From assembly GCF_964204645.1 (NCBI RefSeq), contig NC_134030.1, forward strand, positions 19,738,210-19,802,209: a stretch of DNA of 64,000 nucleotides, read 5' to 3'. The translations under genes and the position numbers were made by a program. Positions within the stretch are counted from its first letter, which is position 1. Every line of letters begins with the position of its first letter. This DNA comes from Tubulanus polymorphus. Its lineage: Eukaryota; Animalia; Nemertea. Under the pieces are notes generated by a model, which saw only the letters and a program-made list of their open reading frames with translations, was not told where the DNA came from and searched no databases. Below, piece by piece: positions 25,401 through 36,400 of this stretch.

Positions 25401-25525
25401 CAGACAAATTGAAAGACTAGATTACTGCATTTTTTGTTTTTCTTACCGACAAGTTGTGATAAGGACACAAACAGTACGAACAATCCAATCGCTGCGCACT
25501 TAATCTTCTGTTTGCAAGTCGCCAT
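4440..25525 (-). CDS. HYOU1: Hypoxia up-regulated protein 1 (GRP170/ORP150), ER-lumenal Hsp70/Hsp110-family chaperone and nucleotide exchange factor; ~1036 aa, 22 coding exons
   Basis: Coding exons, all GT-AG and phase-consistent: 25525-25447 (signal peptide [26 protein letters not shown]), 24245-24184 ([21 protein letters not shown]), 24037-24006 ([10 protein letters not shown]), 23365-23287, 22742-22588, 21940-21864, 21275-21042 ([17 protein letters not shown]...FVDMGSTS), 20901-20829, 20041-19855, 19089-18955, 18389-18307 ([11 protein letters not shown]), 18217-18085 ([11 protein letters not shown]), 15475-15288, 14647-14442, 14047-13938, 13594-13394 (KKDE-rich insertion), 12523-12402, 11809-11599 (KNELESYIF), 10540-10322, 9371-9134, 5292-5119, 4552-4440 (ends HDAGDL*). 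Sum is 3111 nt. The motifs are characteristic of HYOU1. Confidence 0.96.
4622..5070. repeat. 51-bp minisatellite family E
   Basis: GTCATCAGGTTCAAATCCCTGCGAGGGAGGAACGTGGCAGAGTCTCACGAT, about 8 copies. Also at 13650-13880 (reverse) and 58820-59215. Confidence 0.95.
6340..6570. repeat. 29-bp tandem repeat
   Basis: TTCATGGATTCAGATTCAGAATACACCCC, about 8 copies. Confidence 0.95.
7042..7307. mobile_element. piggyBac-like MITE family A (diverged), nested in a GGATCC-TIR element 6770-7347
   Basis: TTAA flanks at 7038-7041 and 7308-7311. Outer TIRs are caggcgcggatccagcct and aggctggatccacccct. Confidence 0.65.
7350..7709 (-). CDS. HYOU1: Duplicated alternative HYOU1 exon ('21b'), paralog of exon 9134-9371; mutually exclusive (GC donor at 7373/7372) or alternative terminal exon
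   Basis: Acceptor ttttgtttgtcatttcttcag|GTT is phase 0, as for exon 9371. [21 protein letters not shown] matches [21 protein letters not shown] at 13/21 residues. The frame is open for 119 codons to TGA at 7352-7350. There is a candidate phase-1 donor AAG|gcgagt. Confidence 0.72.
   Translation of the reverse strand, partial: VWLRKMSKEQNATACYKTPVLVKNHIEYHANLLREKHSWFTQEIKLRVARRAAIEKQKQLDEKRRADELKKYVSEQREKMKSNAREKLRDRKRSRDTKDSANVKRSRKPRRKGEFVVGN
7770..8460. repeat. Minisatellite family D array
   Basis: About 17 diverged ~39-bp units. Confidence 0.9.
10770..11485. repeat. 56-bp tandem repeat, preceded by a hAT-like terminus CAGCGCTGCCAAC at ~10699
   Basis: AAATTAATCAGTAATCAACAGTAAGACCCTCAGTAACATCTTTCATATTTCTGTTC, about 12 copies. 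Confidence 0.9.
11880..12365. repeat. Minisatellite family D array (reverse)
   Basis: CACAACTGTGGAACTGGATCCAGAGTCAAATTAAACCCA units. Confidence 0.9.
12725..13170 (-). mobile_element. tRNA-derived SINE plus partial tandem copy
   Basis: On the minus strand: A-box-like TGAGCGGTTAGAG, B-box GGATTCGAACCC, central GTGTCCTC..GCACGATACAC...GCCTCTCTCCACCCAGGAGTAAATAGGTA, and an L2/CR1-like tail GCGCTATATAAAT. Confidence 0.65.
14874..15235. mobile_element. TIR element (MITE)
   Basis: CATCCTCGCTTATCAGGGTTTGATTGCC...GGCAATCAAACCCTGGCAAGCGAGGATG. The same terminus recurs at ~34810-34828. Confidence 0.6.
15610..16670. repeat. Family C 109-bp arrays interrupted by a ~240-bp insertion (related copy at ~63540-63760)
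   Basis: Tandem units at 15610-15980 and 16220-16650. Confidence 0.85.
17120..17561. mobile_element. TIR element
   Basis: Imperfect inverted termini ACTGGTGGTTTGATAGAC...GCCTATAAAACCACCAGT. Confidence 0.45.
18455..18890. repeat. Degenerate tandem repeat (TTCTTGGAGCCA.CC.CTAG.GAAA)
   Basis: About 4 diverged units. Confidence 0.6.
19121..19406. mobile_element. piggyBac-like MITE family A
   Basis: TTAA TSD, CCCTTT/AAAGGG TIRs, near-identical to 2715-2993. Confidence 0.8.
20100..20750. repeat. Family C 109-bp array (~6 units)
   Basis: Near-identical tandem units. Other arrays at ~35945-36085, ~41305-41570 (reverse) and ~58030-58360. Confidence 0.9.
22954..23242. mobile_element. piggyBac-like MITE family A
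   Basis: CCCTTTCAGTGC...GCACTGAAAGGG|TTAA. Confidence 0.8.
23490..23940. repeat. ~40-bp tandem repeat (GGGGCTGGTTTTATAGACCAGTTTTAACTTGAACCCTGCA)
   Basis: Visible tandem units. Confidence 0.85.
24474..25204 (-). mobile_element. Non-autonomous DNA transposon (hAT-like) with a transposase N-terminal zinc-finger remnant
   Basis: Perfect 12-bp TIRs CAGAGATGCTAG/CTAGCATCTCTG, a 6-bp direct flank TTTATA on both sides, subterminal TTCCGGAA repeats, and an internal [24 protein letters not shown]...KH. Confidence 0.7.
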
Positions 25526-25699
25526 GGTTACTGGCTCTCTCGTATCTGAAACTGATGGAAGAAAAAAGTTATTCTACGAAAATCGAAATGTCAAAGTCAC
25601 ACGAGGAGTGTTGATACCGTGAGAGGTTAGGTGGACGTAAATTCTATATTTAACATTTTATTTAACACTTAGGGATGGGCTGTGTGATTATCAACTGAT

Positions 25700-26620
25700 T
25701 AAAAGACCTATTGCGTAAACTATAGTCCAGTTAGTCCTACTGTACTAAACAAACTAGGCCTATATGGTTACTGACTAAACCACAGACCAGTTACTGAATA
25801 AACTCAAGTCTGGACCCAGTTCCACAGTCGTGAGTTAAGATTTGACTTAAAACATCGAAAATGAACTAATTTTAACTCAGAGTTAGGCCTAACTCTAATT
25901 CACAACTGAGGAACTGGGTCCTGGTTACTGACTTAACCACAGTCCAGTTACTGACTTAACTGCAGTCCAGTTACTGACTAAACCATAGCCCAGGTTACTG
26001 ACTTAAATCCAAGTCCGTTTATACCGACTACTGGTAGGCCTAACTGACTAAACCAGTCGCCCAGTTACTGACTAAATTGCAGTCTAATTACTGACTAAAC
26101 AATCGTCCAGGTTACTGATCCTATCCCAGCTACTGACAGCAGACTGATCAATAACTAAACCACAGTCCGGTTAGCCTACTGACTAAACCATGGAGTCCAG
26201 TTCGGCTATTGACTAAACTTGGACAGTTACTGACTAAACCATAGCCCAGGTTACTAACTCAAGTCTGTAGTCTGGTTACTGATTTAACTACAGTCCAGTT
26301 ACTGACTAAACTGCAGTCCAGTTACTGACTAAATTGCAGTCCAGTTACTGACTAACCCATAGCCCAGGTTACTGACTTAAATCCAAGTTCGTTTATACTG
26401 ACTACTTAGGCCTAACTGACTAAACCAGTCGCCCAGTTACTGACTAAATTGTAGTCCAATTACTGACTTAACCGTCGCCCAGGTTACTGATCCTATCCCA
26501 GCTACTGACCGCAGACTGATCAATAACTAAACCACAGCGCAGTTGGGCTATTGACTAAACTTGGACAGTTACTGACTAAACCATAGCCCAGTTTACTGAC
26601 GTAAAATCCCAGTCCTCTTA
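25700..26620. repeat. ~21-23 bp degenerate tandem array (CAGTTACTGACTAAAC) with a higher-order duplication, HYOU1 intron 1
   Basis: Many units; block ~25960-26250 is repeated at ~26330-26600. Confidence 0.85.
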
Positions 26621-26976
26621 CAACCAACAGTCCAGAACTAGTATCACTCTTAAGGCCTAGTAAGAAATGAACCACTTTTATCTCACTCCACCTCTCGAAG
26701 TACAGTTCACGCACAGGTAGGATCTGACAAAATGTTTGACTCGGGGCCCATATCCCCTATTCCTAACATGTAATTTTTTGTACTTAGCCTTAGGATGATA
26801 GTGGGGTCAAAAATTGTCGGTGTCGGGGCCCTTTGAGTTCAGGAAAAAAATTAAATGACCGTCAAATCAGAGGAACCAATAACGTGATATGGTCCACGGA
26901 CGGGTGCTAGCTAGGGCTAGGCTAGGCCATTCAAATTCGACAAAATAGCACTAAAAATAAACATCTCTGAACTTAC

Positions 26977-27070
26977 CAGCGTTGAGTGTGCCTTTACTGT
27001 GGATAAATACGTGAAAATAAGTGAAAACCGGGTGAAATACAACGTGCAATTCACTGACAGACCGGCACAA
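26977..27070 (-). other. HYOU1: Probable non-coding first exon of HYOU1
   Basis: Strong donor CTG|gtaagt at 26977, no ATG, directly downstream of a CCAAT/ACGT-containing promoter. The next exon has a good acceptor at 25545. The 5' end is approximate. Confidence 0.6.
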
Positions 27071-27094
27071 TAGTGTTAGAGTGTGTGTCGATTA

Positions 27095-27142
27095 CTGATT
27101 GGTTTAGTCGGGAACATTGACGTGTATCAAATACTTCCGGGT
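27095..27142 (-). promoter_or_regulatory. HYOU1 proximal promoter: CCAAT box, UPRE-like TGACGTG, ETS-like CCGGAAGT
   Basis: ATTGG at 27098-27102, TGACGTG at 27118-27124, ACTTCCGG at ~27133-27140. Further CCAAT, ACGTG and CCACG motifs lie at 26876-26898. This fits an ER-stress (ATF6/XBP1) target. Confidence 0.5.
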
Positions 27143-29577
27143 TAGAGCATCGTCGGCTCGAATCCGTCGATTAAACTCCCGATTGCGCCGCTTCTAGACC
27201 AGCTACAGCCTCGAAACCCCGCCTGTATCTAAAATTTATTACCCTGCGTCGATTGAAAATGTTTTTAAATGTTTTACTGATCTAATTAGACTCGAATTTT
27301 GCCTGAAAACAAGTTTTTTTCTGACCAGAAAACTGGGGAGTGTGCTCCACACGACCTTGAACTAAAGCCGGTACCATTAGTAGTCCTAAATACCGACCGA
27401 AACTTATCTTTTGTCTCGGAAGCACGGGAGCACGACGCTTGGTTTCACAGGCTCGTAGGCCTACATGTGATAAATTTTGCCATCATTTTTGGCAGTCTTT
27501 CTAATCGTCTGCGGTACTATAATTAGATCTGTTTAATCAGACAGCAAAAATGTAGGCCCTAAATCGAAAAACTAATTCCTTCTGGATAAAGTTGATTAAT
27601 TATTCAAACTCAGTCGGTTATGTGCCAAAAGTTTTGGATTTTCTCGGACAGTCCAGCTCTAGAACAATTACCGTACTCATCGTGGAAACAGCATGTTAAG
27701 CGGCCTTTGATTTGGATTGTGTGAATACAAATGTCTCCTTTAAGATGAAGTTACGGTATTCAAGTTGTACGATCATCGTACAGAGCTATGAAAGCTCTTA
27801 AGTTAGAACGCTAGGTGAAAATCGAAATAGTCAACTCATTGGTCAAATCCGTCCTGTTATACAACTTCCCTAATATGGTCCTTTGAAAAATCAAGATAAG
27901 CTCTGTACTCATTTGTACGGCGAACACCACCCAACGTTATGAACTCAAAGCGGTTACGTTGCACATCTGCTCCAAAATTTTTGGTACAACTTTTAAGGCG
28001 CACCGGATCGGTCAGTCGTCCAAGATACATTTAAATGATTTCCAATCGAAGAAATTGGTTTTCAAACAAAATGTTAAAAAAGCATAGCCAGTATGTACAG
28101 AACTGTAGGCGGGGCTCCACACTTTTTGGCCAAGTCATGATTTTTTAAACATCATTAAAATCCAAAAACGAGAATATTACGCATATAAACTTTGCCCATC
28201 AAGTGTTTATTAGATTCACTAATTTTAGCTGCTCCTCGAGTGTTAGTAACAGGCACTAGCTGCTCCTCGAGTGTTTATAACAGGTATTAGCCTGTGTTTG
28301 TAGAAATCCTCCACCGTGTTGAAGAAATCCACCGTTGGGCGGTAACTCGCTGCTGCTGGCTCCACAACTTCTCATCTGGACGTCTGCAGTTTTCATCATC
28401 ATCATCTCATCCTATGAACGTGGTTCTACGGACTTAAGAAACTACGATTCCTTGCCCACACCTTGACAAGTCCAGAATTCTGCCAAAACCTGTCTGATTC
28501 ATTATAGTCCTCATGCCTTACAACATTAGATTATCTCACCAACTCATCCAGTTTGGATTTAAAAACTATTATGAAGATATCGAATCAATCTTCATCTTAA
28601 AGGAGACTTTTGTATTCACATAAGAGAGGGAGTTAATTGTAAATTGTTTAGTTTATGGCAACTTTTTCACCGTTGTGTAGAATTCAGTGGTTCATGTGAT
28701 AGCGATTTAATTAAGGTCCTATCGTAAAAATAGAGTAGAGTTTGATAAATGAGGATATATGAACATTAGTAAATTGTCCTAGTTTATAGTTTATACGTCC
28801 ACTACATTACGTAATTCCTTAAGCACGTGATCTGGCATTTTCTATAATTGTTGTATGTGATTCACGTTAAAACCTTTCAATCGTTTCATGAAGTTTTTAG
28901 CAACAATCAAAGGTTAATTCAAATGAAGCCCACCTTCTACCATGAGTTTTCTTCGAATAAATAATATTACTTTTATCGCTTGTGGTGACTCTTTCTCATA
29001 TTCGAGAAGTTTGAATTGGTAAGTGGTGGTCATTGATGGACAATTCATAAATTTGCAATGGTGAATCACTTTAGTCTGACACAAAACGCGGTATATCGTT
29101 CTCGTATTCGAGAAGTTTGAATTGGTCAGTGTTGGTCAATCTATGAACTTATTAAAGAAATTTGTGGTTTGAATAGAACCACGATCAGTGATTGGCTGAC
29201 TTGGCCAACTTGTCACACCCCGCGCAATCTAAAATGACTTGATATATTATGGCTACTGACTAGCTTTATCTCCCGATAGCTGTCATCATAAAGCAATTCT
29301 GTTGTTTTAGTAGCAATAAAAAGCGATTAAGATCTTAATAGATCCCGGAAAAGTGGATGTATTAGGATCGTAGCTATATCGGCATGTCTCAATTGGGTTG
29401 AAGTCGGGAAACCGAGATCCACACGCGTAAAACAAACAAACCCATAAATTCCCATAAAAGGTTGCCATTTCTGTAACGAAAGGATCGTAACCTGTTGCAC
29501 ATGACAATCCGACACTCCTTTCGGGAATTCTAACGCCTATGGTGGAATCCTTTTATAGGAGGAATATCATTTCATTT

Positions 29578-29797
29578 CAGGGGCGGATCCAAGCTACGGT
29601 ATATTCCACCGTATTCCGGAATATAGTCAGAAAAAATGTGATTAACATATTCTTTAGAAGAACATTATCTGAATACCCCAGATACAAGGAGAAAGAGTTA
29701 TTTTTCAAAATTTTCCTGGGGAGACCCTCGACCCCCTTTTAATGAACTTTACAAGTGCAATGCGTGCTACTTCATTGAACCGCTGGATTCGCCCTTG
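29578..29797. mobile_element. AGGGGCGGATCC-type MITE
   Basis: CAGGGGCGGATCCA...TGGATTCGCCCTTG. Similar termini at 30, 845 and 6770. Confidence 0.5.
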
Positions 29798-32471
29798 CAT
29801 CTTTCTTAACATTTTCGTTGAATTAACTCAGGCCCTGAATTTTGCTGAAGAAACCTATGCTACGAAGTGGAAATCTAAATCATTTGGAGAGTTGCAGTTG
29901 CAGCCGCCGGTCACTGGTCTCGCCGATCCAGGGTTCAAACCCTGGTGGCAACAGAGTTTCTTGGTCGAAGGTTCTTCTCTCGACTCTCCCCAGTGGGAAA
30001 AAGAAACATCGAACTCGCTTATAATTCCCTGCGTGGCGCTTAGTGGGTTGAGGGTGTTAAAAAAAAATCTGAATCATTTATCGTTTGTTTTATTCCGCGT
30101 GATTTTTTTTTCCAACACCGCGAAATAAACGCTTTAGAACGAAATATTCCACGCTGGATTGTAATGAAAGCAAAGTTTTCCTCGCCTACGAAAAATCTTG
30201 CGAGCCCATTACGATAGAAGCTAAAAAGTACTCCCTCGTAATAATCTCATCTGTCTATCGGGATCCTCCGACGCGAACTCGAAAATAAAAATCTTTCGAA
30301 AATAGAAATCGGCAAAATATTGGCGCGATGTCCTGCACGAAATGAATCTATTATTTCTATGATTCTTCGTAGCGACAGCGCGCGGAGCAGGACTTGGCTA
30401 TAACCGTTTTCATTATAGAATCTACACAGAAAGCCTACTGTATATTCAGTACTGGTATCGGGACACGTTATGTTCGGATTGGAGAATATTCGTTTAGATA
30501 GCGGTTAAAAGTGGATCTCTTTAACTGTCAAACAAGTTTTCGTTGTTCTACGGAGCGACCGCGCACAGCGTGCCGTTCTATGAAAGAAAATCAGTATTAA
30601 ATGTCTTTTAAATGTCTTTGCATTTATAAAACCATAAAACCGCTTCGTGCAGAGGTGATCGAACGCATTTGTTTTGTGTCAGTCTTGAAGGATGTACGTA
30701 TGTTGCTCCTAAGGAATATGGTTATCGTGTAATCGTTGGATTAGCGTGCTTATCATTGTCGGATGATTCATTCGAAAGGTAAAACAGCACAAAAAAATCG
30801 ATTACCATTTTATATTCAAAACGAAGTAATTGAATTAATGATCATAAAATCGGATAGTTTGGCCGGTTGGTCCGCGGCTTTCCGGCGTGTTTCACGAGAA
30901 AGTTCAAAGATTCTCAAACCACTTTTCATTTATGGTACGTTATTTATGGAGGCGGCCATCCATCACTTGTCACGGGCGGATCCAAATGGACTAAAGCAGC
31001 CCCTTATTTTTTTGTCAAGATAACATTTTCAAAACCTGGCCAAGAAAGTAACACATACAGTGGCAAATTATTGCCATTTGTTTTGCTGTAAAATCACTGA
31101 TGCTCTAAAAATCATCTTTTTTTCGAATTATTTTTGGTAAGGGTCCAAACCCCCCTCCCCTTTAAGGGCTTCATACTGTCGCGTATCACGCAACAAGGCT
31201 TTAGATATTGCCCCCCCCCCCCTTAAAATCAAATGCTAGTAAACAATCAATTCGATATCGTACGGGAAACTAATGGAGGCAGCCGTCTGGAAAGGCTCTA
31301 CTAATGAATAACTAATACGATTATGTGAAACAAAAATTGATGATGTCACAGGGGCATTTCTAGTGGCAGACATCTTTTAAGAAAGGCCTGGATATATGGG
31401 TATTTAGATCACATCAGTAACTAATCGTGATTAGGTGGCAAAGGGTAGCTATATTTTATAGAATATCTTTGAGACTGCTACAGGATACCCATATAGACCT
31501 ATCATTTTATTTGCTTTATGTTGGCCAGATACCAAGCTATACTTGATTTCAGATTGTAACGAATTAACTAACGTCAATTAACGTGACGTCGCTGAAAATG
31601 ACATCGACAAAGATTGGAATCTAACGCTTCCTAACGTCATACCTATTCCGATTAAAATGTTGCAAATATTTCACTAGCGATTTCAGGGTAAAATTGACGT
31701 AATCAAAAGGAAGAAAAACAGATAAAAGCTCGAGTCATTTAAAATCAAGCCACGCGTGAAAACGTGTTCTGTTTGATGTGGCTGAATCGATCCTTTGTAA
31801 AACGGACTTCAAAAGCATGATTTCCCAGGAATCCTATTTCGCCGTTTCCCACGAGTGAAATAAACCGAACTATAAATCTGCTATTGTGGCAATGAGCGCT
31901 TTATTTTATGAGAGGTTGATTTCGCGAGTTTTTATGAACTAAAAAACCTTCCAATTTTATTGTAGAAAAGCCAACTCTGAGAATGAAAACTGAAGTCCGA
32001 AATACCTCATGTTTCCTAGTCCATTCCGTTTCAGCTAGTCTATTCGACTTATAACCTTGTTTCTCCTAATCGGTCGGGCCACTTTTTGGTAACTGCAAAA
32101 AGATATGTCATTTTCATTCTTCAGCCCAACACATAACCGAGACGCAGTGAAACATATTTCTGTTTCCTGTTACCGTGTTTCCCCGCGTTGGGCTTTATTG
32201 TGGGTTTTATCGCCACAGCACGGACTCTGAGCGTTTCATCAATGGTTACCTTTCAACGGCAATACAGTAATAGTAAACTGCGCCAGACATTTAGACAACT
32301 TCAATCAACATTCACAATTACATTCGCTGATGAGAGCGAATCTAACTAAATTGATGTATATATCAATGAGCGAGACGTATTAATTAGTTAAAACGGAATA
32401 CATTAAAACGTATTTCAAATATTGTCAGTATTCGGAATATAGGGAGTATGAGTGTTGATGGAGGAGAGGTA

Positions 32472-32485
32472 GTTGTCATGGTATC
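32472..32485 (+). promoter_or_regulatory. RFX X-box-like motif upstream of the probable 5' UTR exon (~32500-32595) of the J-domain gene
   Basis: GTTGTCATGGTATC resembles GTTGCCATGGCAAC. It is followed by a CG-rich start region and a donor TAG|gtacgg at 32595. Confidence 0.35.
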
Positions 32486-33411
32486 GAGGGCTGTGTAGTG
32501 TTTTCAGATACGCGCACGCGCGTAGCCCGAGGAAGCCACGGTTGTATCACGGTGTTTGCTATGTCCTTGAGCGACGAGCTTTTTTATTGCTCTAGGTACG
32601 GTTACATCATCCGTTCGAAAAGAAACTCAGCTAATTCGCCCGAGCATCTAACTACAATTGTCGTTTTTTGATTTGTCCTTTTCTGAATATTGTCATAGCC
32701 CCCTCCCAGTTCGTGTCCGTTGCGGTGGATGACGTTCAAGGGAGACCCAATACGCACCAAAATAGGTTAGCATCATCACCAGATGGTGTACATACATACA
32801 AAACTTTCATACATACTTAGACAATACTTTCCAAAATGTATCAAAAATTGTGTAGTTTATTGCACACGAAATACATATTTGTATTTACATTGTATATAAC
32901 CTAGTATGTTTTTTTTCTCTTGAATATATGTAAATGTATATTTGTAAACAAAATTTTGTTCTCTCAACCACCATGGGGATGATAGAAGACTAATGAAATT
33001 ATCGAACCTTATTTCATCTATTACACTTTAAGGAGGCTATAAATCGGAATTGAAATCGATCCCAGTGATGGCCAATTATTTTGACCGGGGTCTGGTTTCA
33101 GATTAGTCAAATGAATTGAAAATGAATTGAGTTAGCCCCCGGTTAAGGCTATACCAGTCTATAAAACTAGGCCCCGGGGTATACTATGTAAGCTGCGTAT
33201 TGAAACAATCACGTAAGCTTTTATCCTAAAGATTTACAATATGTTTTCAATATGTCCATTGCTCGTGAGAGTAAAAACCGCCATACGGAAAACAATCCGT
33301 TATTTCATATACATTTTTAAACCCAATCTTTTCATTACATTTCAGCTCACAGAATTACGTGTAATACGGTATTATAAAACGTGTAGTTGTTTTCGTGATA
33401 ATAACCGCAGA

Positions 33412-36400
33412 ATGACCGTCATGAAGGACCATTATAAAACCCTGGGAATACAAAAGGGCGCCTCCGAGGAAGAGATCAAGAAAGCGTATCGTCAATTGGC
33501 CAGGGTCTATCACCCGGATAAAAACGACGCGCCGGACGCCGAGGAACGATTCAAACAAATAGGTGGCGCTTATGAGGTGCTGAAATGTAAAGAACGTCGA
33601 GACGTATATAATTGGGATTTCGATCGGGAGAAGGAGCGCCACCAGGCGGGTGAGAGGAGTACTAATAAATCGGGTGATTCGAAAAATGGCCGGTATCGCA
33701 CGTCGTCGTTCGCGAACTTTGCGTCATCGACGCAGCGGACTGGTTCCGCACGGGGTGGCGAGCGGACGGGTTCCGGCCCGGCCGACGGGAAAAAACCGCC
33801 GAAATCCAAATCGACCGACCGAAAAAATGGCGGAAAAAACCGACGCCGGTTTTCGTACGCGTTCGAGAAGAATAACGCGAAATTCACGTTTTCCTACGAG
33901 GAGAACGCGAACGATTCGTCGCCGGACGAAGAGATTAAAACTAACCAGAAAAATAAATCGAAAAGTGCTGCGGGTGATTCTCCCTGGAAGCGGCGTTACA
34001 GCTTTAACAAACCGTCGTACACGGGACGCCCTCTATGGGAAGACGAAGAAACTGGATTACCCCCCGGTAGCGATACAAACGGCGGTTTCGAGTTCAATTT
34101 CGGGTTTCGGTTTTTCATGGACGGTAAACAGGGTTTCGCGTTCAGTCCCGGAGCTGATTTGCCCGGGTTCTCGTTCGACGACTATTCGGACGACGAACCG
34201 GACGTGGATCGCGTCGAGCGGGAGAGGAGGGAATCGAACCAACAGAAAGCCGACCAGTTCGCTCAGCACAACGGCGGGGAGTCGATCTGGTACGACTGGA
34301 GCAGACCTTTCTTCGACACCGGAGAAGATCTGGGTAAATATATAAAATAGCATGGTTGATACTAATATGGTATAGGCAATGGTTTGGTGGTGGTTAATCC
34401 ACCAGGTGACGCTAGTGTACAGGAGGACAACAACTACAACGGCAATAGAGGATTCCACCAGGTGTCGCGAATGCGCAGTAGGCCAAACTACTGCGACAAA
34501 CGTATATTCACCCGTCACGGGATTCGAACCCACTACGCTAAAGCTGTTCGCCGAACCCCTTGACCTCACGAGTCGTTGGAGTCGTTACTAGCCGACCAGA
34601 ATCCGGTCGTACCAATCACAGTGGTTGTAACAAACGACTTTAGGCTTCTGTTGGTTTTCCCGTTAAATAGACCAATCAGCGAACGTTTTACTGAACCAGG
34701 AAGTATTTCGCAAATCGATATATGACGTCATGCGCAACAGCGCCAGTAATGAAATCACGCTTCGTGAGGCCAGGGGGCTGGTGGAAGCGAGTTCGGGAGT
34801 GATAGCGGACCCCTGGCAAGCGAGGATGCGGCAAACGCTAAATAGAAAAAAGACTTATATATTCTTTGGCTCGTTTGCTAATATTTGGATCCGGGAGTCT
34901 GAAAATTTATAAGGAACTTTTTTGGTCTGTGAAACTGTTGTTCTTAAAATAGGTCTTTGAGTATTTTCTTATCTTTTCTTTGAATAATCGTAGATTGGAA
35001 AGATTCGGAGATTCTGATGACCTGTACGTACTGCGGTCGGCAGATGAAATCCGAAATGATGGTAAGCGTTTCTTATAATGGGCTTTCTGCATCGGTGTGC
35101 AAAATGGAAATCTAGACAATTGAAACAAAAGCGAAAGCATATTTAAAAATCCCTTTATACAGAAATACCGTTAAATTATGCCCTTTATTTTAGTATCAAC
35201 TTAATTAACATTCTATGTTTGTTTGCACGATTTTTGAATTTAAAACCCTCGGTTGTTTTACAAAATATGAAAAATGCTTGCAGGGCCAGATTTTATGAAA
35301 ATGTTTAAGTTTAAAACTGTTAAGTTTGAATCGTTGCCGTCATTTAAAAAAACATGAAGTAATTAACAGCATTTACACCAAATTTTGAGTTAAACGTTTT
35401 CGTAAAACCGGACCCAGAAATAAAGATGAAAGGAGAAAATCTTTTTGAAAAAAATGTTTTATTTGAAATTAATCACAGATTTTTCCCTATTTTTTGGTAT
35501 AAAGCAAATTCAATGACTTTATCTGTTTTGCCGGAAATGAGAATGTCATACCGATCGTCTTTTCTTCCAGTTGAAGCACGAACCGCGCTGTCGCCGGTTT
35601 TCCACCGGCTCGATCGATTTCGAAATGCCGCGACGGTCGTCCGGGGTTCGACGCCAGGAACACGAAGATTTCATCAATTTGATGCGACAATGCCGCAAAA
35701 CACCGCCGAACAACAACGAGAAAAATGCCAGAAAATCCGCAAACGCCAACAACAATCCGTCTCAAACATTCTCAACTAGTTCATTGAACTCAGGTAATTC
35801 GGTATTTCACTTAATGCATGTAGCGTTCTGTTGTCTACACCCTCTTGGCATTCGATACTTACAGCATTTTACAAATGTTTAGTCGTTCAACAGATTTATA
35901 AACTGCTTTAAGCTTTAGTATTCAGATTTATGTTCATGACTTCTTGTGAACTGCAAACACCAGACATGAGACACTTTATTAGATACTTTCAAAAACTTCA
36001 CACTTCACAGGTGTCCAGTACATCACCTGGTACATTTTTAATTGGGAATGAACTCAAAACACCAGACATAAGACATTTTATCAGAATTCAAGGATTTAAA
36101 ATTCAAAAGTTATTGTTAGGGCCTATAATTAGAATCGCTATATCGGTTTTTCTTTGCATAGGTAAGTGCACTGTTTCGGGTTTCTGCCCTCCCCCCCTTA
36201 AAAAAACATATAATTCAAATGCTGTACGGCCCTGGAAACAAAGAAAGTCTAGAACGAATGTTGCACTGTAAACATTTCTATCCATCTGGTGGGATAGTTG
36301 ATGGCACTATAGCTGGTGGTGATATTTTATCAGAATATAAGGATTTAAAATCTGAATGGGCACTTCGTCATTTTTCGTGGATTATACCCGTTAATTCATT

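Noticed and set aside
26876-26898. Canonical ERSE (CCAAT-N9-CCACG)
   Set aside because: Spacing is 13 nt, not 9; kept only as loose UPR-type motifs.
28190-28620. Possible Penelope-like element remnant
   Set aside because: Only a short direct repeat and very degenerate motifs; too weak to call.
33241-33411. N-terminal extension of the J-domain ORF
   Set aside because: It crosses a polypyrimidine tract and acceptor at 33345. The likely start is ATG 33412 or 33421.
34515-34590. tRNA-like B-box motifs (GGATTCGAACCC), also at ~38480 and ~45425
   Set aside because: No complete cloverleaf could be built; probably decayed SINE heads.
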